The translations under genes were made by a program, and so were the position numbers. From the NCBI RefSeq assembly GCF_040938485.1, contig NW_027271066.1, positions 868,001-932,000 of the forward strand: 64,000 nt of DNA, given 5' to 3'. Positions 50,765-62,600 of this stretch are shown piece by piece. Numbering within the stretch: the first letter of the stretch is position 1; every line of letters begins with the position of its first letter. This DNA comes from Diadema antillarum. Taxonomy: Eukaryota. The notes beneath the pieces were generated by a model. The model was not told the DNA's origin. It did not search any database and was given only the letters and a program-made list of their open reading frames with translations.

Positions 50765-51579
50765 TTAAAGGAGAAGAGAGAATCCATGACCATAGCTTGT
50801 GAGGCTAACATCAGAATTTCATTGAATTCAACAAAACTTCTACAAATCAGCTCTTGAAAGGATTACCTAATTGCATTAAAATTGTTCAGCTAGATTTCAG
50901 CATGTGTTCTGCAGTCGATTAGTCCACAATTTTCTGAGGAATGCCCTTGCAAGCATACTCTACATGAAGTCATACACGGTATCATTTTGCATTTGTGTGT
51001 GTGTGTGTGTGCAAAAATGGTGATATTTACCACAAACAAATGTAGAAGTGTGCCACTTGCATAAAGCAGGCTCTGCTTTAGATATCTCACAAAATGGGCC
51101 AGCAATGCTCTGCACAATGCTGTCGAAATCATGCAATAATGGGAAAATGAATTGATTCCATTTCCCAACAATTTGTTATTATTAGATTGTCAAATTCAAT
51201 AAACTGAATAAACAAGGAAAAAAATCCCCCACACACATACATAGCATACTATGAGTTGTTGATTTCCATGTAATTTGCCAGAATAGTGATATAAATCAGT
51301 CAATTATGCAAATTTGATAAGAGGGTGATTTCATGGCCTCTCGTGTCTCCAATGTGTTGATATGTAATTTTAGCTGACTCCGCCTCTCTTTGTGTGAATT
51401 CTAGAACAGGAAATTACATCCTTCACATAAGATTGCTATCGAGTTGCAATGATTAGGCAATGATGGCTCTGTGAAGATGTGGTGGTCCTGCTAAGTGCTT
51501 GCTCAAGTGCTGACAAGGATATTATAATATTTGTATGTATAAGGAATGTTTGCTTGTGTGTTATTTTCTTTCCAGCTGT

Positions 51580-51757
51580 NNNNNNNNNNNNNNNNNNNNN
51601 NNNNNNNNNNNNNNNNNNNNNNNNNNNNNNNNNNNNNNNNNNNNNNNNNNNNNNNNNNNNNNNNNNNNNNNNNNNNNNNNNNNNNNNNNNNNNNNNNNNN
51701 NNNNNNNNNNNNNNNNNNNNNNNNNNNNNNNNNNNNNNNNNNNNNNNNNNNNNNNNN
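51580..51757. other. Assembly gap (178 N)
   Basis: Run of N. Confidence 1.
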
Positions 51758-51805
51758 GAAGCACCGTGAGTAAAGAAAGGTGCACTTATCACCATGCTAA
51801 TAGCA

Positions 51806-51945
51806 TTCATTATTATTATGATCATTATCTTTATTATTATCATTATTATTATCATTATAATCATCAACACCATCATTATCATTACTACAATGTATTTCTA
51901 ACTACTAATACTATTACTATAACATTATAACTATCATTATTATCT
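51806..51945. repeat. (ATT/ATC/ACT)n trinucleotide tract
   Basis: Direct reading. Confidence 0.9.
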
Positions 51946-52622
51946 TTACAAACCGCAAAAAGATTTGTGAGATGATGGCATTATCCCAATGTCCAAGTTC
52001 ATTTATTACATCACTGTTTTATGAGAAAATATTGAAATTCAGTTTTAGGACTTGTTACTTTTTATCTACATTGTATTTATTTTCTTTCTTTTTTTTTTGG
52101 AGGGGGGGTGGCATGATCTCAATGTTTCTGAGTTTACTATCAATCTTTATGCTTATCATTCTATTTGTGTGGCTTTAATTGTATTTCAAGAGTTCAGGTG
52201 AAGTTGGAGTGTGGCTCCCTTTAAATAACATCACTTGTTTCTTTGCTATGAATATCTTATAACACTCTAATGGAAAATAGCTCCCTCATTTCCATGGCTA
52301 CAACAGCTTTGTGGCTACAGGCACTGAGAGAGTCTACACAAGGACAGCGGTCTGCTCATTCCATTATCTCTTAATTAAAAAGAGTTAACAAGCCGACACA
52401 TGTAATTCTCCCAACTACTGTAGCACACACACATGCACACACCATCTCACACACCATCACACATAAAGAGTGTACATGATGTACAGTATGTGATTATCCA
52501 AACAGGGCATCTGACAAAGGGATGTACCTTGTCTGGGTCTTAATTGACTTGATGCTCAGATACATGTTAACAGGTCCATGATGACGTAATGCAGAACAGT
52601 GAAACTGATTGGCAACCTGTAA

Positions 52623-52808
52623 TACAGTGCACTCCTATTATAGCAAACATGTTTATAACAAAATTCCGGTTTATACAACGAAGTAAAAATTCAGGCCGCA
52701 ACGTGATCCACACTATGTATTTTTATTGTTTATTTGTTCGGTTATAATGAAATATCGATATGACAGTAAACTGCAGGTCCAGAGGACTTCGTTATAACGA
52801 GTCTACTG
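52623..52808. mobile_element. Degraded pogo-like MITE
   Basis: TA|CAGTGCACTCCTATTATAGC...GTTATAACGAGTCTACTG imperfect inverted ends. Confidence 0.55.
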
Positions 52809-53101
52809 CACTCTTTCACTTATGTCAAGGTTTCTTGCGATTTCTATGTATATGAAAAAAGAAAAGAAGAGAAAAGCTTATGAAACCTGCATGAAAATGT
52901 CATAAAAGATAAACGAAGGAGAAAAAAAGACCTCCACAAGTATAATTGAAAGAGGAGCTGTTGTAACTCAGTATATAAAGAAGATTGTCAAGCCTGAGGT
53001 TGTTGGTTTGGTTCACCTGGCTGCAATAGTTGTGCCTCTAGGCAAGACACTTTATTTTCATGAGGTGCATTCACTCTGGAATTACCATGTACATGTATTA
53101 A

Positions 53102-53688
53102 AGGAAACCCAAACCCAAAGAGCAATGTGGATTGAGTGAAAGCAGCAACATTAGTAGAACATGTCAGTGAAAGTTTGAGGAAAATCGAACAATCTATGCA
53201 AAAGTTGAGAATTTTCAAAGTTTTGGTGTTGGGACCGCTGGATGAGGAGACTACTAGAGGTTATGATGTCATGTGTGGACAACAATATAAAGAAATATAT
53301 AAAGGGAACTTAAAAAAAAAAAAAAAAAAATCACTTTTCAAGCAAAATGAAAGAGCACTTGACTAAACCGCTTTAAGAAAGAAGGGGGAATAATTGCTAC
53401 CCTTAACATACATGTATGTCAGTATCAAATTGATGGAATGTGTAATTTTCATGAAAAATGAATTTTTGTGGAATTACATTGTACCTTTATATTTTCTTTA
53501 CATTATTGTCCACACATGATATCATAACCTTTAGTACGGTCTCCTCATCCAGCAGTTCCAACACCAAAACTTTAAAAATTCATAACTTTTGCATCGATTG
53601 TCCGATTTCCCTCAAACTTTCACTGATGTGTTCAATGTATGTTTCTGCTTTCACTCAATCCACATCTTTGTTTGGGTTTTGGTTTCCT
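53102..53688. mobile_element. Kolobok-like family C relative with AGGAAACC termini
   Basis: Internal arms similar to family C; TTAA|AGGAAACCC...GGTTTCCT. Confidence 0.75.
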
Positions 53689-54192
53689 TTCAATATCACA
53701 GTAATTTGTTGTCACTGCCCTTATTGGTGAAATACCATGGTATTTTCTGCTCAAACTTACACCTCTCTTAAAGGTACAAGTGCACCACTGAGCATTATCT
53801 CATACGGGAAGACGACAGGGAATATGTCAGGTAACAAGAGAAATACAGAGTGGTATTTTGTGATGCGATTCACACTCAAATGTTGCATATTATGTCATTC
53901 ATATGAAGTTTGACTTACAAGTGTACCACCCTAAGGACAGCAGTATTTTGCAAGGTATTTTGTGAGGTATTTCATGAGGTATTTGGGCTCACGTTACAAA
54001 TACTGTGTAAAATTGCAAAAAAATGCAGTACGTACTTCACTGTAAACTTGAATGACCCTACTGTGAAATAGATTAGTTATCATACATGTCAAGTAGGGCC
54101 TACACAACACACACACACATGCACACGGACAGACACACACACATACATCCAATCATAGAGACGGGTACACACAAATGAAGACAAACATTCAG

Positions 54193-54607
54193 CAGTGCAC
54201 TCATCCGTACAAGATGAATTCTGCGGCTGTTTATCAGCCTTGCCTTGCACAATATGTAGCGTTGAATTTACAGTACAATTCAGATGGTACTGGTTGGGCA
54301 TCGTTCTCATCATTATATCATCCCGATACTGACAAATCTTTTCTCATGAATACCATGTCCGAACAAACCATGACAGATTCATTCACCTATCTCCTTACCG
54401 AGTTTCTTCACCGCTTTGTTTCACAACAATGCCACGAACGTCAAAACTTTAAGAGGGATATAATAACTGCACATTTCGCACGACAAGAAACTTGCATGAA
54501 AATAAAAGCATGCCTTTCATTGCTTGTTATATCGGCTACACTTATTTCATGTTATGATTTCGCAGAATAAAAGACACGCAGAATTCATCTTATCCGGCTG
54601 AGCACTG
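54193..54607. mobile_element. MITE with ~40 bp TIR (CAGTG termini)
   Basis: CAGTGCACTCATCCGTACAAGATGAATTCTGCG is inverted with CGCAGAATTCATCTTATCCGGCTGAGCACTG. No clear TSD. Confidence 0.65.
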
Positions 54608-54804
54608 AAAATTACTTGCATTAAAATTTCTGCTTTGACAGTAAACTATACGAGTCTAATCGAGGGTGAACAATCTCTATCAAAGCAGGACACTGCTTGC
54701 TTTAACATCCCATTTATCAAGATCGCAAATTTGTGCAAACACAATCATGGAAATACCTTGCACCTGCAGGAAAAAGCATTCACACCAACACTTCATAACT
54801 TCAC

Positions 54805-54852
<48 letters not shown>

Positions 54853-56448
54853 CAGCCTGTGTGTTTGAGTGTTTATTTCTGTGTCTGTTTGTCAATGGTG
54901 AATGTATGCCTCTGTGATATGACATACATACTGTATTATCTCTTTATGTGCCATGTTCGCACATCCGACTCAGTCGACGGTGTGCCAACTTCGCATATTC
55001 TGCTCCAATCGCCAAATGCCGCAGTACAATGAAAGCTTTTCTCACTTTTCCGTTCATCTCACAAATATAGCTAGCATTTTACGTGGTGATTGCTATCAAG
55101 TGGTGTTCCCTAATAGATTTGCGTGTAAATTCTAAGTTTCTGTCACTGTTTTGTGTGCAAACGTTATGCCTTTACAGTAATGTAGCTACTGAGGGTCATT
55201 TCACAGAAAAACAATCATCAATTTGTCACACAATTTTCATCAAAGCAAGGCTTGGCATTTTCTCTACAACTATGCTCACTACATGTCCAGCTTAACAGAA
55301 ATTTATAGAAGTTAACACAGATTGGAAAAACAGAATGTTTTCTCAAAGTATGACTACGTTTGTGTCTCAAAATAATGTGGCACACAGGGGGTTTCCACCA
55401 TGGTACATACAGAGTTAACAGTCAATGATCTATTAGACTCTTGTTTACATCACAGATACAAGAAATAAAAGTAGGCTATTGGGAAAAGGCATTTAAAAAA
55501 AAAAAAAGGTCTTTAATACACATGTTAAAACTAGACTGGTAGTGTGCAGTACACTGTGCCACCTCCAATAACACTTCCAGTAATCAAATATTGAAGTGTA
55601 AAACAATATCTTGTTTGGATGGGAAAGCGTCATTTGAATGTACAAATTTGTAACATATTTCATCTCTGAAGTGAAGGATCTTTCATTTCTTATTTCACAG
55701 TGCAACAGTTGAGGAATACTCTAAACTTTCTTGAAATGTGATCATATGTATTGGTGATCAGAGTAGTGGCAATAGTACTACAATGTACTGATCAATGAAC
55801 AAATCACTTTGCATTTGTGATTGGAGTCATGCCAAGGGTTTGGTTTGATACCCTTCAAACCATAATCCATTTCTGGTAACAATAATGTAATTTCAAGGAA
55901 AATTTACTTTCATCATGTTTATCAAAAGAATAATAGATTCTTGATTAATAGGGCTGGCAACTGTAAAACTAATTCATGGAAGATTGCTGAAGAACATGTA
56001 CGTAAAAAGTACTGGCTTGGATATATCAAAGTTTGCTGGGAAAAGTCAAATAATTGAAAAAAAAAAGGAATTTAATCAATAAGTTTTTCCCTTGTTTTCT
56101 GGATGGTCTTTCAGATAAGGCCTTGGAAAATGACTGCTTAAAATGGTTTTGATAAATTTCTTCTAACTATGAATGAAAAGCATTCTCCCTAACCCTTTGC
56201 CAGGTAGCAAAAACAACTATCGTGCTTTAAGTCTGGACGTTGGTGAACTTCAAATACCCTTGTACAATGCATACACCTCTGCCCACATTACTGACATCAA
56301 AACGATTTTACCATTGTTAAGGCTGTCTCCAAACTTTGTCAAATGGTGACCACTGCTGTAACTTTATTCGGTGGCTACATTGACCCTTGACCCACATGCT
56401 AAACAAAGTTAGATATAGAACAGGTCACATGACGAGGCCAAGTTGGTG

Positions 56449-56649
56449 TTATCTGCTCTTTGACAAGACTATCTTGTCTAACTTCAGTCCCACCACGCAG
56501 CGTCCATTCCTAGTCCTGTAGTCACCTCGCGTGGACCCCGCCTTGTCTCGCCTCTCCACGTAGCCCGGCATGACAACAACGTGCAGAGTGTTTGGAGGCA
56601 GGGACTCGACGATAGCACCGACACGGTCGTCCATGAGTGACAGGGTGGA
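56449..56649 (-). CDS. REXO5: REXO5-like terminal exon (STLSLMDDRVGAIVESLPPNTLHVVVMPG...SKSR*)
   Basis: Polypyrimidine ccttactcccacag| acceptor; LPPNTL-VVV-PG motif; TAA at 56449-56451. Confidence 0.85.
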   Translation of the reverse strand, partial: STLSLMDDRVGAIVESLPPNTLHVVVMPGYVERRDKAGSTRGDYRTRNGRCVVGLKLDKIVLSKSR

Positions 56650-59600
56650 CTGTGGGAGTAAGGAGGGGAAACTTACTGAGGATTTGCTCACATTTCCTGT
56701 AATACAATGTGCACATTTCAGGGCTGCTAACAGTCACCCATTGAAATCATAGAGTTCTCAAAGAACACGGGGAAATACTTCCAACCAGTCTCATGACTCT
56801 GGAGGCAAGTCGGGTCACAAGACCAGTCGCAAGACTCAACATCGCACACAATGCGAATAGACCACATACCTAAGTTTACAACTGTACTGTAACTTTGCCA
56901 TCCAGTGGTAACTTCCATGGAATTCTTGATTTTGAGTTTTGTTGCCATGGTAGTTACCAATGGATGGCAAAGTTACCATAATAGTAACTTTTATGCAACG
57001 GGCCCCAGGTGTGCACGTTAGTGCATATTCATACTGTAGCATGATTGACTGAAAGTCCACAAATGGTCGTACAAATTTGACATGTCAAATGAACCATGGC
57101 AGAGTCGCGTAGTGTGCAGTGAGCTGAATGTGCACGTCAAAGGGCAGAAATGATGCCTCAATCAGGGAGATAAATATTCTCTTTGATACACAAACAAGAA
57201 GAGATATTGATCTTTCCAGGAAGTCTCCTGAAGAATCAGGGAGACTTGGCAGCTCTGAGTCATTTGCATATTAAAGCATTCACTCACACTGATTTGTAAT
57301 ACATTTGAAGCCTAAAATTTATTTTCCTGCACATTCCATCAATTGAAATCTGAAGCTGCAAGACCTGAACAAACAAAAGTTCCATTTGTCTGCTCTATAA
57401 AAAACAGTTTGTAGTAAGAATTCAGGTATACATACTACCAGTCTTTTACATATTCATATTGTAAATGATGTCTTAACTTTCTGTAAAGTTGAGACTCTAC
57501 TGAATGTGAGATGTCTTCTTGCTCTGAAGTACATTTATTCTCAACCCTCTTATTGTAACTGACAGCACAATATCATGACTTATATGGAGACAAAACATGA
57601 GCAGGCGGCAATGAACATAAAATCACAACTCACCTCTATATCTTCATCTCTCACTGTGCTCCCCTGTATGAGATTGTTGTAACCATGAAGCTGCAGGTGA
57701 ACAAAGTCGGACTTCGCAATTGCAGAATGAGCCTTCCTTACCATCTAGTGGAATAAAGTCACAGAAGAATGGAAAATTAATTTACAATTAATAGCATGAC
57801 ATCAAACGAAATCAAACAGCACTCAATAGAAGAAGAAGAAGAAAAAAGAGGACACTACCAGTGTTTCAGCAAATAAAGGCTCAGCTATGAAAAGACATTC
57901 TGAAATCAATAACATATAATGTGTTTAATTTTAGTCTTTCTGCAGCCACAGATCATGTCAAAATGCAGGGATAGAATCACAATTAAAGAGGAAAAGAATA
58001 GAGAAATGGATATTGGAGTTTATTGTCTGAGCTCTATGGGATGGATAGTGTTATCACAAATTTCTCAAACATACATTTGAATAATGACAAACATTGCCAT
58101 CATGGAAGTGATGATATCTTCATAATTTACTCTGTTACATACAAATTTAAAATCAATCTGGACATGGATAGCAGAATATATGGCTCAGAGGAGAGTCAGA
58201 TTTTCCTAAATACGAAGAAAATACTTCATGAATTTAGTGTGCAGAATAGACCTGTTTAGTTTCGGTGAGTTTTTTATCATAATTATTTTTTATTAATGTC
58301 TATTTCAACCATAACTGGGCTGGTGTAAGTTACAGTGTTATAGAAATGAATAGGTCTACAGAGTAAGGCATAGACTCACCTCTTTGTCATTTGAGCACAC
58401 AATGCAATTTACTGGCTCCTTTTTGAACTTCTTGAGGGTGAAACTGTTGTCCAGGGCACTGGTCTTCTTTTGCTGCTCCTTTGCTGTCTCAAAGATGCTG
58501 AGAATAGAATGGCACAAAGTTAACATCACTTACATCATCAGGGATACACTTCTCATCTTCACACAATACTTTGTGTAACTACACACTCAGGAAACATTTT
58601 ATAATGGGAATATTGCACATTCTCTTGCTAAATGCAAACATATACACATGTATGTAAAAGCTGTACATTCCAAGGATAGGTTTTCCATGGATGGGAGAGA
58701 ATGGAACGGCATCTATGGATAGATTAACTGATATTGAAAATCAGCTGCTGTTTTAAAAGGATAAAGATAATCCATCAGATGGTAGCACAGAAATAAATGA
58801 GCATGAGGAATTTCATTCATTGTTCAAACCAAAATCATCGATCATTCAACTACCACAAGCCACATGGATAAAAATTCTCCAAACAAGTACTGTATAAGCT
58901 GTTATTTTCACGAATTTCACGAATCACAGTTGGATCGCGAATTCAACAACATGCGAAAAGGTTTCCATGCCCTAGGGTAATAGTGCATTTACGTTAGCAT
59001 CGCCATCAATTTGCGAAAACAAGATCTTGCGAAAATGCCTGTGACCTCCTCATTCGCGAAAATATCTGTACACGAAAACAACAGCGTTGTCAAAAATCAC
59101 CATGGCAGATGTTACCAAGGCAACCAATCTCTCATGCCCTCACCTCTCTCTCTGCTGGAAGACCGGTCCTGTGCTGACCTCTCGGTAGAAGTTCCTCAGC
59201 TTGTCTCCCATGGACAGCTTGAGCTTAAAGAGATCAATGGCTGCCAGAGCATCTTCCACTGAGTCATGACCCGACGTACTGCACTGGATGTCACGACTAA
59301 AATACAAAGCAGATTCCAAGAGATGGTGGCGAATGGTTACAGTCTATACAGTCAAAAATTACACACGCATTGATCGAGAGGTTCTGATATTTCCTCCTAT
59401 GTCATTGCACACACACTCTTTGTGCAAATCAAATGTAAAAGTCGCCAAATCAATTATCTTTGACATGACTCAGTGGTCCCATCTGAGAAAATCCCACATT
59501 CATTACCTGGTGTAAGTCCACAGATATTTTCTCTTTCATTAAAACAAAACACACGGCCACAAAAATGCTCATCAACACGGTTCAAGTGTCTCATCTAAGT

Positions 59601-62600
59601 CAGCCATGCTGCCTTACATCTGTGAAGCAACATGTTGCATAGACTTTGATGGAAGTACAGTACATGCAAATTTGTGTAAACATGTCAAATTAACTGTTTA
59701 TTGTAATACTCCCTGACACTGCATTGTGTTTTCAGCTAAAAAATGTTTGAGAGCCTCAAGTCAACGAGTGCGGGGAAAATCCCGGCAATACTCTTATTTT
59801 CGTGTTGCTCAGTCCTGTACAAGCAACATCGATAGTAAACAGGACACACGTTTCTTTTTTAGTTTTATTTTCTTTTTATCTTAATGCACCTGTCCTGAAA
59901 AAGACAACTACAAAAACAAAAAACAAAACAAAACAAAACTAGGGTCACTTGAGTTATCTCAAGTTGACCAATACATACCCTAAATACTCCTTGACCAGAT
60001 ACTTGAGCTTGACCTTCCTGTTGGAAGCAGTGAACATATCACTAGTGTCCACACAGTGTGGATGGTAGATCTAGAAAAGAAAGGAAGCAAAGCATTCCCT
60101 GGTAAAAGGGCAAATTTGTGCCATTATGGTCATATAAACTTAGAGACAACATGCCTGAACCTCGTACCTATCAATTGATTAAAGCACAACCATAATATTC
60201 TCATCAGTGCTGACTGGCAAAATGAAGAGAAAACTGCAAAATTTGCTTACTGCTATGCAGCATAACAAGAGGAATATGGGTTTGGGGATTATTACTTTTT
60301 AAAATATATTTACTTTATTTTCATTTTACTTGATTACTTAGTCAATTTACTTTTAAAAATCACATTAAACAGCATATCATTTTTTAAACTAAAATTTGTA
60401 CAATTGATATCATTCATATTAAATAGTGAAAGAAATACACAATTACATAATATTTTTCTTTCTAAAAATATGGAATCTAGTTCTAGTGAAGAGTTCACTA
60501 TGGATTGATAATCCTCATCACACATAAGAAGGTATCAAATACATTGTTTGAATTCTTGTAAAGATGTTGTTTGACTTCTTGTAAAGTTGTTGTTTGAATT
60601 TGAATGAAGACAGTGAAACAAAAGCAGAAATTTGATACAAAGTTTCAAAAACTCTAATACACACTATTCAAGAGAAAAGAGTAATGAAGCAAAACTTGCT
60701 ATGGGCAATTTAGAACAGGCACATAAAGTCATGCCATGTTCTGACACATGAAAATACTACTGTGCTAGATTCATTTCTATCAATGTTCAGGATAAAAACT
60801 GTTCCTGAAGCATGGCCACAGCACTAAGATGACTGCTCTTAATATCCAACAAACAGAACTGATCTCAATTCCTGACATAAATTATGTGGTCACTTGGGGG
60901 TCATCCGAGAGAGTCCGTGGGGACAGACTGGCTATCTTCGTGAAGTCATTGCTCACCTTCAGAGCCATAAGGTCATTCTCCAGCCCCTGACCGACCAGGA
61001 TGGCGTCTGGTGGTAGCAGCTGAAGGAGATTTTGCTGTACATCCTTGAGACGGGTCTCCACTGGGTCTAGGATGGTTTTGGTGATGCCACTATATCTGCA
61101 CATTGCAACACAAAAATAATGCACACACATCTCATTTTAATAATCATAATATTAATAATAATTGCATTTATAAGGTGCTTTATACTGGTGTTTCTAAGTG
61201 CACAAAAAGACTAAAAACAAAATAACATTAGGACAATGCAAAACCAAAATTACAATCACAAAGGAAGGAAAAAAAAAGAAAAAAAATTGTCTGATTATGG
61301 TTGGCACATTGCATTTTGTACTCTAGTTTGGCATCATATCTGCCTTTCAATCGAATGACTTGGGTTCAGGTGCGGGTTCAAGTCCAAGCGAGTCTTATCG
61401 AGCAATGTTTTGTGTTATCATGTCCCCCCCCCCCCCCCCCCCCCCCCCCCACCACCACCACCACAGGAAAAACACTCTGTCACCCGGATAGGACATGAAT
61501 GGAGGTCCCATGTGTGAGCAAGTCACAACCCAAGCACATAAAAGATTCTGTTTCATTTATTTATCACAAAAAGCAGGAGATGTTACAACCCAGTGAAGTG
61601 GTCCACCCCAAGCACTCACAACTGGACCCCATGGAAGACCAGCTAGTGCAGCTGAATATGGGCTATCCAGCCATTTTTGTCAGATGAAAAATGAAAGCAA
61701 ATGATGGTATATTGGTATCTAGCACGACTTACCTTGTGACATAGTCCCTGACTGGATTGTGAGGCTTGGAATATGAGTTGTACTTCACACTTCCCTCTTC
61801 GTCCACTAATGTCACTCTGGCTAGTTCTGATCCAGCTGATGTGATCACCTATGTGGGATTTCAAAATAGTGGCATTCTGTTTTTTTTACTGGTACTATTC
61901 AATGTGATACTTGAAAATATTATGTGCTCTTAACTTTAAGCTGCAAAGTACATGCAATGCTCTCTTCTTAGAACAGTATTTCCCACATAATGGAATTATA
62001 CTATCAGCTCCCATGTCCTGTGATAAAATCTGAGAGACAATGATAGTGAGAGATGGTATACATATATTTTGTATTATATCAAGGAGGTTTTATACACACT
62101 GGAGTTGCAACTGGCTGTAATTATTCAAACAGTTGTCAGATTTCTACTGATGTACAAAAGAATTCCACAGCTGCACTTGTGCCTTTGAAAATCAATGTTC
62201 CAAGCCGCCGTCTTGCTGAGCAATCGGAAGATTCATTTTGAATGTTATCATAATGTTGGCCTTATTTTGCTTATTCATTTATTAAATAAAACGAAATTTC
62301 AATTAATGATAAAGCATGTAAAACAAAAGTCATTTCCATCCAGAAATTTGCGCAAAAGAGTAAATCAGAGCTGTATCATGTGAAAATGTTTGAAACTGTA
62401 CCATCCTAGAAAGCTGGTTTTATCATTTTTCCGCTTAATTTCCACAAGTGAAAATAATATGGAATAATCCTCAAGTATAATTCTTTATTGATAGATATAT
62501 CAGATTAGTGCCCGGGTATGCCCAGTCGAGTAATTTTCATCTTTATTTCAGCATTTTTTGCTCGATTTCTATTCGCCCATCCTCGTGTCTGTACCACCTA

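Larger units (their letters stand above)
41283..51765 (+). pseudogene. Tentative scattered ankyrin-repeat gene relics
   Basis: Same-strand ankyrin-like peptides: LMLKENSNMERED and MTACSMGH (41283-41564 ORF), VNTLIQAGANL (~43535-43570, after cctag|), LIRAG/ANL (~45850), IIQFVEKEEDVNCED (~48585-48630), GNYILHI and CEDVVVLLSACSSADKDI (~51408-51525). All are disrupted. Confidence 0.35.

Noticed and set aside
49929-51930. ORFs of 73-148 aa spanning the N runs
   Set aside because: Artefacts of translating gaps as X.
61424-61449. Long poly-C/poly-G runs (also ~5598-5621, ~17069-17090, ~18559-18575) as functional G-quadruplex elements
   Set aside because: Homopolymers are scattered through introns and MITEs with no positional pattern; no evidence of function.
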